Source: Clostridia bacterium (GTDB lineage Bacteria > Bacillota > Clostridia > JAAYHZ01). From it: a stretch of 64,000 nucleotides of DNA. How positions within the stretch are numbered: the first letter of the stretch is position 1; each line of letters starts with the position of its first letter. The stretch lies in contig JBMNIH010000008.1 in the NCBI GenBank assembly GCA_050950825.1, positions 1 to 64,000 of the forward strand. The letters run 5' to 3'. Of this stretch, positions 1-9,694 are shown piece by piece. Below the pieces are notes generated by a model, which was not told where the DNA came from, searched no databases, and saw only the letters and a program-made list of their open reading frames with translations. The position numbers were made by a program, and so were the translations under genes.

Positions 1-898
1 AATATCGTTTTAATGAATTTGTAGAACAGTTCATAGAAGGTATCAATAACGGACGTATCTTCAATAAGCCGGGAGTGCAGCTTTCATCGTTTATGTCAAA
101 AACGATATCCGGATAACCGAAAAACCTATAATACCCGGAAGAGGTAACGGCATAATCCAATAAGGTATCAATCGCAACAAAAATTTTACGGAAACTTGAG
201 TCCGGTTCATTACCGTGATACAAACCGTCCATAAATTCGTATAAAGCGTCCACACTGTTGATGCTATTGATATCGACTCCCGTTTCCCGGAGCAAATCGT
301 TTTTTACCTTTAAAAACGCCGTCTTCATTAGCGGTACCCCCGCATATATGGCGTAAATCTTGCCGTCGATAATAAAATTATCCTTTATTTGCGGATACCT
401 TTCGAAGTTCAAGATGGCTTCGGGACAAAAGCGTTCCAAGTAGGGCGACAAATCCATGTACAAGCCTTGACGGATGTATTCTTGTCCCCAATGAAAGTCC
501 GATTTGTCTTGAGTAGTGAATGTATTCACGGGAAAAATCAAGTCTCCCGATAAACCCGATTGTATATGAAGAGCTATATCGCTGCTTTTGCCTGCGGGGG
601 CGGAAGAGACAAGTTTGAATTTTATGGGAAATCCCAACTTCTCTTTGCAAAGGTTCGATAAGCTTACATAGTTGATCATGGCGTTGTCGTCGTTTTCATA
701 CCGGACACCCCAACACCGATCATTAGTATATAGGATTTCCAAAGTCGTATCCGTCATAAAAGAAAGATTTTCATCCGGCGTTGCAACCTCCTGCAGCGTA
801 TCCGAAGTTATCAAAGGGTCCGTGCTTTGGCTTTGGCAAGATGTCATAAGGAGTACAAATATCCATACCATGAAAATTGACTTATGTAATTTACTCAT
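1..898 (-). CDS. Lipoprotein, probable extracellular solute-binding protein (3' end outside window)
   Basis: Not in the ORF track because it runs off the window edge. Manual translation from ATG 898 gives MSKLHKSIFMVWIFVLLMTSCQSQ... with a lipobox (MTSC). GLYMDLSPYL and DGKIYAI segments resemble sugar ABC solute-binding proteins. Confidence 0.6.
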   Translation of the reverse strand, partial: MSKLHKSIFMVWIFVLLMTSCQSQSTDPLITSDTLQEVATPDENLSFMTDTTLEILYTNDRCWGVRYENDDNAMINYVSLSNLCKEKLGFPIKFKLVSSAPAGKSSDIALHIQSGLSGDLIFPVNTFTTQDKSDFHWGQEYIRQGLYMDLSPYLERFCPEAILNFERYPQIKDNFIIDGKIYAIYAGVPLMKTAFLKVKNDLLRETGVDINSINSVDALYEFMDGLYHGNEPDSSFRKIFVAIDTLLDYAVTSSGYYRFFGYPDIVFDINDESCTPGLLKIRPLLIPSMNCSTNSLKRY

Positions 899-1050
899 AC
901 ATCCGTACCTCGGAAAAAGGAATATTTTATGATTTATTATCGTGCATGATACATTTACTATCTATATTGTAATATTATCACTTTATAGGGTGGAGTCAAT
1001 GTCTATGTTATATAAATTTCCTTTTTGCCGAAAAGCCGTTCTTTTTCAGT

Positions 1051-1075
1051 AAAAAAACAGGAGTCGCCTCCTGTT
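1051..1075 (-). terminator. Intrinsic terminator
   Basis: AACAGGAG-tcgc-CTCCTGTT hairpin followed by a U-tract on the minus strand. Confidence 0.6.
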
Positions 1076-1109
1076 ATGCAGCGGTAGAATTATTAAAATA
1101 AGGCACGGA

Positions 1110-3356
1110 TTATTGCTTAAAGGACACCTTGTACACGTTGATACCGTTTAAAAGATAAAAGTTTCCGTAGTTGTCCGTAACGTGACCCCATCCCACGTTT
1201 TCCGCAATCGGATAGGCCTTCATGTCTTGGAGGGATACGTAATAAAGGGTTTTCGTGTATGCACAGGAGGCGAATATACAGTTTTCGTCTCCGGGAGTCA
1301 GCTTGAACTCTCTCCAGGTTTGGTTGTTGCACAGGATATCCTGCTGCTTGTAAGCGATAAACTCTCTTTTTTCCGTATCGAAGCAAAATAGATAATTGTA
1401 AGCGAACCCCCAAAGATTGCCGTCCCCTGCGATAGTCAAAGCCGTAATAGCGGCTACGTTTCTCATGGGAAGCTCGTATTCCGTAAAGGTATCTTGTGCG
1501 ATATCGTAAGCTAAAAGCTTTGCTTCCCAAGCCTTCGCATCGGTTCCGTACCCTGCTCTCGATGTCGTACCGATATAGATAATCCCGTCTTTATACGCCA
1601 TGGACACACCGCTTTGATACTTTACGGGAAAAGCGATGTGTTTTTTAACGGTATTCGTGCTTGCTTGAATCAAAGCCATCGCTCCGGTATAGGAGTTTTG
1701 TGCCGGAACCGTGCATATGGCGACAAGGTTTTCTTCGGGAATGGAAAGGAACGTATAGGGTCGATCCTGAAGCTCGTAATCCGGAATTTCGGAAGAGCTC
1801 CCCATATTTAAAACGGTCTTTGACATCCACAGCTTTACGCTCGCGGGACCGTAATGAATCGTCGCATTCGGATAGGTTCCGTAGTAGATCATATTGTCGT
1901 AAGCCGTCATTCCCTCTTGCTGGTTCAATGCATTAAAGAGTGCGCTTTCCCCCGTTTTAATGTCAAAAAAGCCGGTACTTCCGCCGTATCCTCCGCCGAT
2001 ACACAAAATCCCGGATTTGGAGACGGTCAAGCAATTAGGTTCATTGGGTTGTCCGCTCACATTGGTGTCTCTTGTGTAATTAATGCCCGTTTGCAGGTTC
2101 GAGAACTGAATTTTTCCGCTGCCGCCGAACATGCTGCAGGCGGACCAGCCTTCGTATTTTTCTCCTAGCTTTAAAAATACCATGCGGGTATGTGCATTCG
2201 CCATTGTTCTTGTCGTTGAATAGGTTCGGGATACCGTATCGAATAACACCAGTCGATCCGCAATTACCGTATAGAATTTCGTCGGGTCCTCCGGATCCGC
2301 GGCTCCTTGGCGGCAGTTGGTTTTTATGACCTTATATGATGAACCGGTTAATTCGTCTTTGAATTCTACCGTTTCCTCCTTGCGGATATCAAAAAATATC
2401 ATCTCATAGGTGTTGGGATAACGGATAGCCAAAATATCTCCGTAAATGTCCATGTCATAAAAGTTATACTTTACCGCGTCCCTATATTCCTCGGGCGTAA
2501 TATCCTTCTTTTCAAAGGTTACAGGATCCACTCGAAACAGATAATTCTTCGAGTCTTTCGACAGTACGGAAACGTAAAGCTTTTTATCTACGGGATCATA
2601 TGCCGTCGCAAAATATCGGGTTGCATTATCAATAAGGGCGGGCATGGCGAACAGCTCTTTTTTATTCGGATCGTATCCCCAATAGGTAGGAGAATCGGTG
2701 CTGCCGGAATAGACGATTCCGTTTTCCCCTTCGCACATCACTTGGCCCATGCCGGAGCCTGCAGGAAGAGGGCCTATGTTTTCGATTTCGTCTTTATCGC
2801 GATTGTATATGTAAAAGTACGGTTTGCCGTGACCGGATATGTACACGTTTTCCGACGAATGGACAAATACCTCCCACGCGCCGGTACTGTATTCCAAGTC
2901 GAATTCACGCAGGATTTCACCCGTCGCCGCATTTGCGATGACGAACTTTGCATAAGGATTTCCGTCGGTTACAAAATACAGGACAGGAGTTCCGTCTTTA
3001 TAGTACCCCCCGTCGTTCATACGTATATAGACGGTTTTCGTAAAGCTCCCTAAGTTTTCAATAATCGGCTTGTCATCAGGGGTCGGTATATAGGGTACCG
3101 CATCCTCGTATTTTACCGGCACGGGTTCCGAAGCGGAAGACTCGACGGCTTCGCCCTCTTCCCGGGCTGTCGTTTCTTCGGTTTGCGCCGGAGTCGATTC
3201 CGGGGCCTTTGTTTCGATCGGAAGATTTTCGTCGGAAATTTCTTGGGTACAAGAAGTTATTAATAAAAACATGGAAAAAACAATTATCAGGCCAAGCATA
3301 ATTTTTGCACCTTGCTTCCTTTGCATCTTTTCTTTTTCTTTACCGGTTGTTATCAT
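1110..3356 (-). CDS. Large lipoprotein, predicted beta-propeller
   Basis: AGGAGG RBS, signal peptide with ITSC lipobox, acidic Thr/Glu linker, then repeated beta-rich blades (e.g. YWGYDP, LFRVDP, LLAYDI, LFCFDT). Confidence 0.6.
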   Translation of the reverse strand: MITTGKEKEKMQRKQGAKIMLGLIIVFSMFLLITSCTQEISDENLPIETKAPESTPAQTEETTAREEGEAVESSASEPVPVKYEDAVPYIPTPDDKPIIENLGSFTKTVYIRMNDGGYYKDGTPVLYFVTDGNPYAKFVIANAATGEILREFDLEYSTGAWEVFVHSSENVYISGHGKPYFYIYNRDKDEIENIGPLPAGSGMGQVMCEGENGIVYSGSTDSPTYWGYDPNKKELFAMPALIDNATRYFATAYDPVDKKLYVSVLSKDSKNYLFRVDPVTFEKKDITPEEYRDAVKYNFYDMDIYGDILAIRYPNTYEMIFFDIRKEETVEFKDELTGSSYKVIKTNCRQGAADPEDPTKFYTVIADRLVLFDTVSRTYSTTRTMANAHTRMVFLKLGEKYEGWSACSMFGGSGKIQFSNLQTGINYTRDTNVSGQPNEPNCLTVSKSGILCIGGGYGGSTGFFDIKTGESALFNALNQQEGMTAYDNMIYYGTYPNATIHYGPASVKLWMSKTVLNMGSSSEIPDYELQDRPYTFLSIPEENLVAICTVPAQNSYTGAMALIQASTNTVKKHIAFPVKYQSGVSMAYKDGIIYIGTTSRAGYGTDAKAWEAKLLAYDIAQDTFTEYELPMRNVAAITALTIAGDGNLWGFAYNYLFCFDTEKREFIAYKQQDILCNNQTWREFKLTPGDENCIFASCAYTKTLYYVSLQDMKAYPIAENVGWGHVTDNYGNFYLLNGINVYKVSFKQ

Positions 3357-3378
3357 GCGTATAAGCCTCCTTTGGTCT

Positions 3379-3834
3379 TCATTTATACTCGATTCGTAAC
3401 GCCTCTTCGTCGTTCCACGGTCCGAATGCCTCCGAGTACTTGTCTTCTAAAAACACGGGAAGATACAAGGGCATCCCGTTTTCGGAAGGCGTGTTTCTCA
3501 ATTCATCGATAGTGATCCATAAATTTTTGCCTTCGTCGCTTTCTTCTTTCAGAACACCCGAAAAATCTTCCGTTTTGTAGAGAAAAACAATGTATCTCTC
3601 AAAGGTCTTCGTATTCAGCCAGTGGATAACGCCGCAATATTCTAAGTTCTTCACGACAAGTCCGGTCTCCTCCCTTACTTCACGTATCGCGCTGTCGACA
3701 AAGCTTTCGTCATTTTCTACATGCCCCCCGGGAAAGGACAAGCCCTTCCAGCTTTTTATTCGGTCCTGTACAAGAACCTTTCCCGTAGTCTTATCCCGTA
3801 TCATCACCATGTTGGTCAGCGTAACTTTACTCAT
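3379..3834 (-). CDS. NUDIX hydrolase (MutT/MutX-like)
   Basis: Nudix box GGHVENDESFVDSAIREVREETG. Confidence 0.9.
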   Translation of the reverse strand: MSKVTLTNMVMIRDKTTGKVLVQDRIKSWKGLSFPGGHVENDESFVDSAIREVREETGLVVKNLEYCGVIHWLNTKTFERYIVFLYKTEDFSGVLKEESDEGKNLWITIDELRNTPSENGMPLYLPVFLEDKYSEAFGPWNDEEALRIEYK

Positions 3835-3943
3835 GTTACCTCCACCGATGTATAAGAATTGAAAAGGCAGACATTTGTTTGCCTGCCCTTATATTATATA
3901 CTATATATTCTATATATTCTCCGGATACCTTTACTTTTCTGCT

Positions 3944-4828
3944 TTATTCCTTTTTAACAATTTCGGTTAAAGCGGTTGCCAATCCGGCAAGGCCTTGGAT
4001 TTCCGAAGGTATAATGATTTTTGTCGCTTTACCGTCTGCAACATCCTTCAACGCTTCCAATCCTCTTAACGCCAATACCGCTTGGGAGGGATTCGCTTCG
4101 TTCAACATCCGAACACCCTCGGCTATGGCCTTTTGGACTTCCAAAATCGCTTGGGCTTCCCCTTCCGCTTTTCGGATAGCCGCTTCTTTTGCCGCTTCCG
4201 CTCTTAAAATAGCCGCTTCTTTTTCCCCTTCCGCTATTAAAATCTGGGATTTTTTCTCGCCCTCCGCCCTCAAAATGGCTTCACGGCGTTCTCTTTCGGC
4301 TCTCATCTGCTTTTCCATGGCGTCTTGGATGTCCTTCGGAGGCATAATGTTTTTAACCTCCACCCGATTCACCTTGATACCCCACGGGTCCGTGGCTTCG
4401 TCCAAAATGGAACGCATTTTTGCATTAATCAGGTCACGAGATGTAAGCGTATCGTCTAATTCCAAGTCGCCGATAATGTTTCTTAATGTCGTAGCCGTCA
4501 GGTTTTCAATGGCGGTCATGGGCCGTTCGATACCGTACGTATACAGCTTCGGGTCGGTTATTTGGTAATAAACGACCGTATCGATCTGCATGGTTACGTT
4601 ATCTTTTGTGATAACCGGCTGCGGTGCAAAATCGGCCACCCTTTCTTTTAAGGAAACGACAGACGCTATCTTGTCAATCAAGGGAATCTTCACATGCAAG
4701 CCGGTCTCCCATGTCCCGTTATAGGCACCTAAACGTTCAATGACATATGCCTTGGCCTGCGGAACAACTCGAATGTTTGTGAAAACCAATACGATAGCAA
4801 TAAACCCTAAGATAATCCATATCCACAT
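3944..4828 (-). CDS. SPFH/band-7 stomatin-like protein
   Basis: N-terminal TM, VITKDNV, WGIKVNRVE and AEG-rich coiled-coil. Paired with nfeD. Confidence 0.92.
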   Translation of the reverse strand: MWIWIILGFIAIVLVFTNIRVVPQAKAYVIERLGAYNGTWETGLHVKIPLIDKIASVVSLKERVADFAPQPVITKDNVTMQIDTVVYYQITDPKLYTYGIERPMTAIENLTATTLRNIIGDLELDDTLTSRDLINAKMRSILDEATDPWGIKVNRVEVKNIMPPKDIQDAMEKQMRAERERREAILRAEGEKKSQILIAEGEKEAAILRAEAAKEAAIRKAEGEAQAILEVQKAIAEGVRMLNEANPSQAVLALRGLEALKDVADGKATKIIIPSEIQGLAGLATALTEIVKKE

Positions 4829-4888
4829 AATTACAACGCTCCTCTCAATCTGAAATCCGTAATATAGAAGGCCGAAAAATTCGGTCCA

Positions 4889-5317
4889 TTATATCCTTTT
4901 CACTACAAGCTTTACTCCTTCAACGGCAACCACTTCCACTTCCGTATCCTTTTCGATCGGTTCCGAATCGACACTTACGGCCGTCCATATTTGTCCGCCT
5001 ACCTTCACCTGACCTCTGTCGTTTTCGGGTATCGGCACGGTTACGACGCCGGTTTTACCGATGATGGCATTTACGTTGGTCTTCGTATGTCCGACTTTCA
5101 AGTATTTTACCGCAATAGGTCTTGTGAAAATCAGCAGTACAAAGGACACAATTAAAAAGATGATAATTTGAACCTCAATACCCCAACCGATAGCGGCTGC
5201 CAAAATGGCAAACAAGGCACCGATGGCAAACCATGTTGTCGTGAGCCCTAGCGTTGCCGCTTCAATGATTAATAACAACACAATCAACCCGATCCATATA
5301 TAAATGATTTGCTGCAT
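4889..5317 (-). CDS. NfeD-like membrane protein
   Basis: Hydrophobic N-terminus plus OB-fold C-terminus (GQVKVGGQIWTA, VVAVEGVKLVV). Lies upstream of the SPFH gene. Confidence 0.9.
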   Translation of the reverse strand: MQQIIYIWIGLIVLLLIIEAATLGLTTTWFAIGALFAILAAAIGWGIEVQIIIFLIVSFVLLIFTRPIAVKYLKVGHTKTNVNAIIGKTGVVTVPIPENDRGQVKVGGQIWTAVSVDSEPIEKDTEVEVVAVEGVKLVVKRI

Positions 5318-5497
5318 AAACCGGACTCCTTTTCGATAGACTTCCTCTCATTTCATTTTATTATATCCCCTCCGATATTACAACTCCATATAAAAAAGAA
5401 TATGAAAGCATAGCCCCTTTATTCCCTGCCCCGTTATGCTATAATGAAAAACGGGAGAAAACCACGCTCCAAGTAAATCGGAAGGGACTGTTTATTT

Positions 5498-6562
5498 ATG
5501 AGAAAGTTCGAATCGAGATTCGCCGATTGGTCCTATTTAAAGGATATGGCGGGAAAGCCGGACTATACACGTATTCAAAAGGTGTTGGCAAAGGAAAAAC
5601 CGCATCAATATACCTTGTTTGAGTTCTTCCTGCATCCTGCGCTTTACGAGCTATTATCCGGCGAAAAGATAACGAAGGACATGCCGGATTATCGCTTGAA
5701 GGAGCTTCAAATGAAAGCTTATGCCAATGCCGGGTACGACTACATCACCTTTCACGCTTGTCCCATAACTTTTCCTACGGCGGCAAAGGAACAGAAAAAA
5801 ACCATTTCCTTGAACCAAGGCGCCGTTATCTCTTCTTATGAAGATTATGAACGGTATCCGTGGCCAGACCCTTCCTCTTACGATTATTCTCTCCTCGATT
5901 ATTTGGCTTCCCGTAAACCGGAAGGAATGGGTTTGATTCCTTACGGTCCGGGAGGTGTTTTGGAGAACGTGATAGCATTGGTAGGATACGACAATTTGTG
6001 TCTTCTGATGTGGGACGAGCCGGATTTGGTACAAGCCGTTTTTGATAAGGTCGGAAGCATATTGACAAAATACTACGAAATCTGTGCGGAGCATCCGGCC
6101 GTCATTGCCTGCATATCCAATGACGACTGGGGCTTTAACACCCAAACCATGTTATCCGTAGAGCAAATGCGAAAATACGTGTTCCCGTGGCATATTAAAA
6201 TTGCGAATGCCATCAAGAGCCGAGGCAAGTTCGCGATCCTTCATTCCTGCGGATATTACGGAGAGATTATTGACGATATGGTTCTTGATATGAAATACGA
6301 TGCAAGACATTCCTTTGAGGACAATATCATTCCCATTGAAAAGGCGTATCCTCAAATGAATAAAAGAATGGCTCTTTTAGGAGGCATCGACGTGGATTTC
6401 ATTTGCCGGTCCCGGCCGGAGGACGTGTACAACCGGGCTTGTAGAATGCTGGAATTGGCCGACCAAGGAGGATACGCATTAGGCTCCGGAAACAGCATCC
6501 CCTATTATGTTCCGGCCGAAGGGTACTTGGCCATGATCGCAGCGGCTTTGGTCAACCGTTAA
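5498..6562 (+). CDS. URO-D / MtaA-CmuA superfamily TIM-barrel protein
   Basis: NDDWGF, LHSCG, LLGGID and GYALGSGNSI motifs. Confidence 0.85.
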   Translation: MRKFESRFADWSYLKDMAGKPDYTRIQKVLAKEKPHQYTLFEFFLHPALYELLSGEKITKDMPDYRLKELQMKAYANAGYDYITFHACPITFPTAAKEQKKTISLNQGAVISSYEDYERYPWPDPSSYDYSLLDYLASRKPEGMGLIPYGPGGVLENVIALVGYDNLCLLMWDEPDLVQAVFDKVGSILTKYYEICAEHPAVIACISNDDWGFNTQTMLSVEQMRKYVFPWHIKIANAIKSRGKFAILHSCGYYGEIIDDMVLDMKYDARHSFEDNIIPIEKAYPQMNKRMALLGGIDVDFICRSRPEDVYNRACRMLELADQGGYALGSGNSIPYYVPAEGYLAMIAAALVNR

Positions 6563-6880
6563 TCATTCGAACACGATGTAAACGTCTTTTTTCAAAGCAT
6601 ATCCTGCAGCGGCCTCCACGGCTTTTAAAATTGCAGAGGGAACAGGGCATGCCGCATGGCGAATGTTCACTTTGGCGGCATCCATAACCTTTCCCTTACC
6701 GAAACCCGAAAAAAGCTCCTCTAAAGCATCCAATTCCGTAACGGACTGCGCAAGACGCATCACTTGGCTGCAGCCGCTGACCGCTTGCAGGCGCACGTTT
6801 TGCATATCGTCGCAAGAAGCGCGGATGATCGTTTCCATCCCGCAAATCCCGGAAGATATCTTTATCTGTACATTAGCCAT
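6563..6880 (-). CDS. Small Cys-containing conserved protein (DUF6951-like)
   Basis: GICG, SGC and HAACPVP motifs. Start overlaps the yacP stop. Confidence 0.65.
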   Translation of the reverse strand: MANVQIKISSGICGMETIIRASCDDMQNVRLQAVSGCSQVMRLAQSVTELDALEELFSGFGKGKVMDAAKVNIRHAACPVPSAILKAVEAAAGYALKKDVYIVFE

Positions 6881-7388
6881 GCCCTTTCCTCCTCAATCGT
6901 TCCATCCACTTTTTTTGCTCCGGAGTCAAAAAGTCGAGAAAAGTATTCGGTGTATCCTTTAGGGAATTGATAATCCTTCTCTGCGCTTTTTTATTATCCT
7001 CCAACAGCTCCTTCAGTTCCTTCGGGGTAATTCGAGCTCCGCCGTTCGTTATAACCAGCCTTTGTTCCATATAGTCGGAAGTGGCTACAAAAATACGATC
7101 TACGGACCCTTTTTCGTAAACGAATTTTTCAATATAGTTATCGGCGGTCTCGTTTTCTTCCGTAAAAACAATGAATATGCCGTCCTTTTCCAGCATGGAA
7201 CCTTTGCCGCCTTTCACTTGCTGGGCGTCAAAAACCACGATGACGATAAAATCCTTGTTTCCCCCGAAATCAACAAGCATATCCGTCAGCTTGTCCCGAT
7301 TCATCTCCAAATCGTCATTCGGATCAAATACGTCTCTCCATGCATTGATGATGTTGTATCCGTCAACTAAAAGGTATTTCTTCCTCAA
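6873..7388 (-). CDS. yacP: NYN-domain ribosome-associated endoribonuclease (YacP/Rae1)
   Basis: LLVDGYNII, VVFDA, TADNYIE and VATSD motifs. Lies downstream of rlmB. Confidence 0.9.
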   Translation of the reverse strand: MRKKYLLVDGYNIINAWRDVFDPNDDLEMNRDKLTDMLVDFGGNKDFIVIVVFDAQQVKGGKGSMLEKDGIFIVFTEENETADNYIEKFVYEKGSVDRIFVATSDYMEQRLVITNGGARITPKELKELLEDNKKAQRRIINSLKDTPNTFLDFLTPEQKKWMERLRRKGHG

Positions 7389-7407
7389 ACCGATAACCTC
7401 ACCTAAT

Positions 7408-8238
7408 TTAAATATTCTCTCTTTGTCTTAATGCTTCAAACAAGAAAATGCCGGCAGCTACCGAGACGTTTAAAGAGTTCATGGTTCCTTTCATCGGGAT
7501 CTTCGCCAAAAAGTCGCACTTTTCCAACACCAGCCGGCTCATTCCTTTATCTTCGCTTCCGATTACCAAGGCGGTTGCATCTTTAAAATCGCATTTCCAA
7601 TAAGGCATGGTGCCGTTAATATCCGTCCCGATGACCCATATGCCTTTTTCCTTTAACCGGTCGATCAAAGACGGAATGTTCGGAACTCGTGAAATGAGCA
7701 TTCGAGCCGCCGCTCCCGCCGAAGCCTTCGCCGCCGCCGCGTTGACGGCCGCCGATCTTCTTTTCGGCATGATAATGCCGTGGACACCGGCCGCCTCCGC
7801 CGAGCGGATCACCGCTCCGATGTTCCGGCTGTCCGTTAAGCCGTCCAGTATCAAAAGAAACGGTTTTTCGTTCAATTCTTCGGCTTTTTTCAATATGTCC
7901 TCCGGTTCGCAATAGGAAACCGGAGAAACGTATGCGATGACTCCCTGGTGAACCGATTGAGGTGCCAAATCGTCTAAAACCTTTGCTTTGACGATTCGAA
8001 CATCGATATCCTTCTTTTTCGCTTCGTTCATGATCTGGGCGTAGGTGGAGGGGTTGATACCTTCCATCAGCATAATACGATTAATGCTGTTGCCCGCCCG
8101 AATATATTCAATAACCGGGTTCTTCCCGTAGATATAGTCCTCGGATTCAAAAACGTCCGCCTCTTTTTCTACATTCGTATCCGCCTGCTTCTTGCCGGGG
8201 GATTTAAACTCTTTTTCATACCCTTTTTTCTTGTTCAT
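7408..8238 (-). CDS. rlmB: 23S rRNA (G2251) 2'-O-methyltransferase
   Basis: SPOUT motifs HQGV, DSRNIGAVIRSA, IGSEDKG and SLNVSVAAG. Start reassigned to MNKKK. Confidence 0.92.
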   Translation of the reverse strand: MNKKKGYEKEFKSPGKKQADTNVEKEADVFESEDYIYGKNPVIEYIRAGNSINRIMLMEGINPSTYAQIMNEAKKKDIDVRIVKAKVLDDLAPQSVHQGVIAYVSPVSYCEPEDILKKAEELNEKPFLLILDGLTDSRNIGAVIRSAEAAGVHGIIMPKRRSAAVNAAAAKASAGAAARMLISRVPNIPSLIDRLKEKGIWVIGTDINGTMPYWKCDFKDATALVIGSEDKGMSRLVLEKCDFLAKIPMKGTMNSLNVSVAAGIFLFEALRQRENI

Positions 8239-8650
8239 TTTCTTCTTCCTTCCGATCAATTTGTTCCACACAAAATGCCATAATTTGATCCGCCCTGTCC
8301 TTCTGCCCGGTTAAATGCAAATACCCGATCAAGGTTTCCAACCCCGTGGCTTGCCGATATTCCGTTACGTTGCAGTTTTTCGGCACCGAGGGGGACCAAG
8401 CGTTCCGACCTCTTTTAAAAATATAGGTTTCTTCTTCGGAAAGCTTGTCCTTGAGCATTTCCGCGGCATAGGCTTGGCTATGTGCACATACGTATTTGAC
8501 CGCCATTTTATGAAGCGTACCGGCGGTCAAATTTCCGTCGGACAATATCCGGCTTCGAATATACAACTCATAAACGGCATCTCCCACAAAGGCAAGAGCC
8601 AATGGCATCATGCGCGAGGCTTCCGTTTTGCTATATTCAATCGGTTCGAT
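8216..8650 (-). CDS. mrnC: Mini-ribonuclease III
   Basis: LAFVGDAVYE, KRGRN and YRQATGLETLIG motifs in cysS-mrnC-rlmB synteny. Start uncertain: first ATG at 8611, or in-frame ATC at 8650 behind AGGAGG. Confidence 0.9.
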   Translation of the reverse strand: MEPIEYSKTEASRMMPLALAFVGDAVYELYIRSRILSDGNLTAGTLHKMAVKYVCAHSQAYAAEMLKDKLSEEETYIFKRGRNAWSPSVPKNCNVTEYRQATGLETLIGYLHLTGQKDRADQIMAFCVEQIDRKEEENEQEKRV

Positions 8651-8682
8651 ATCTTAACCCTCCTTTTTTATCCCGGTTACTA

Positions 8683-9678
8683 TTATAAATCACGGCTTTG
8701 CAGCAATCGCATGATATCCGTCACTTGTTCTTTCAATTCCGGCTCCGGAAATCTTTCTTTAATATGTTCGGTCAAATCGGATATTTTCAGCCGCTTTTCC
8801 GTAAAGCAGGCTTTCAGCCTTAAAATGAATTCCTCATCCATAGCGTCGGAGTATACGAAGGCACGACGAATCAGCCCGCCTTCCAGTTCAAAGTGAAATT
8901 GGATTTCACCCCAAGAAAACTTCTCGAAAAAGCTGAAGTCAAAAGGCGGCGCTTCTCCGTAGAGCCATTCCCAAGAAGAATATCGGTTATACAATTCGCG
9001 GAGGGTATCTTGGGGAAAGCCGTCAAAGCCGGTGATGACTTCCCCGGCCTTTCCGTAATGCTTTTCAAAGCTTTCTTTTAAACTGTCCGCCACATCCCGA
9101 ACGGTAAGAGAAGGAACGTACTCCGTAAGATTAACGACACGGGACCTTACCGATTGAACTCCTTTGGCCTTCATTTTTTCCGTAGAGACGCGAAGATATC
9201 GGGAAAGCTTATCCATATCCACGGAAACCAAGAGGGTTCCGTGGTGATAAGAACCGTTTTTGCGGTTGCAAAAGGCATTCCCGGAGAACTTTCGCCCGTC
9301 GACTACAAGATCGTTTCTTCCTGTCATCTCCGCCGGTATTCCTAATGCTCGGACCGCATCCAAAAGGACGGTGTACTGCTTGTTCACGTCATACAATGAC
9401 TTTCCCGCCACAAAGGTATAATTTAAATTCCCCAAGTCGTGGTACACCGCTCCCCCGCCGGAGAGCCTTCGGGCCAGCTTCCCGCCTTCTTGCTCCAAAA
9501 GCTCGGCGGCGCATTCCCGCCAAGCGTTTTGGTTTCTTCCGATAACTACCGTATTCTTGTTCTGCCAGATATACAAAAGGATTTGGTCAGGTAAAACGGA
9601 ATCCAGCAAATAGTGTTCGACAGCCAGGTTCAGCCACGGATCCGTCCGGTCCGAATACAATATCTTAATGCCGCTCAT
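8683..9678 (-). CDS. lplA: Lipoate-protein ligase A
   Basis: NLAVEHYL, RRLSGGGAVYHDLGNLN, KFSGNA and HHGTLL motifs. Confidence 0.92.
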   Translation of the reverse strand: MSGIKILYSDRTDPWLNLAVEHYLLDSVLPDQILLYIWQNKNTVVIGRNQNAWRECAAELLEQEGGKLARRLSGGGAVYHDLGNLNYTFVAGKSLYDVNKQYTVLLDAVRALGIPAEMTGRNDLVVDGRKFSGNAFCNRKNGSYHHGTLLVSVDMDKLSRYLRVSTEKMKAKGVQSVRSRVVNLTEYVPSLTVRDVADSLKESFEKHYGKAGEVITGFDGFPQDTLRELYNRYSSWEWLYGEAPPFDFSFFEKFSWGEIQFHFELEGGLIRRAFVYSDAMDEEFILRLKACFTEKRLKISDLTEHIKERFPEPELKEQVTDIMRLLQSRDL

Positions 9679-9694
9679 ATTAGTGCACCTTCGG

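Noticed and set aside
378-932. Short ORFs 378-650 and 672-932
   Set aside because: They overlap the real minus-strand lipoprotein CDS (1-898).
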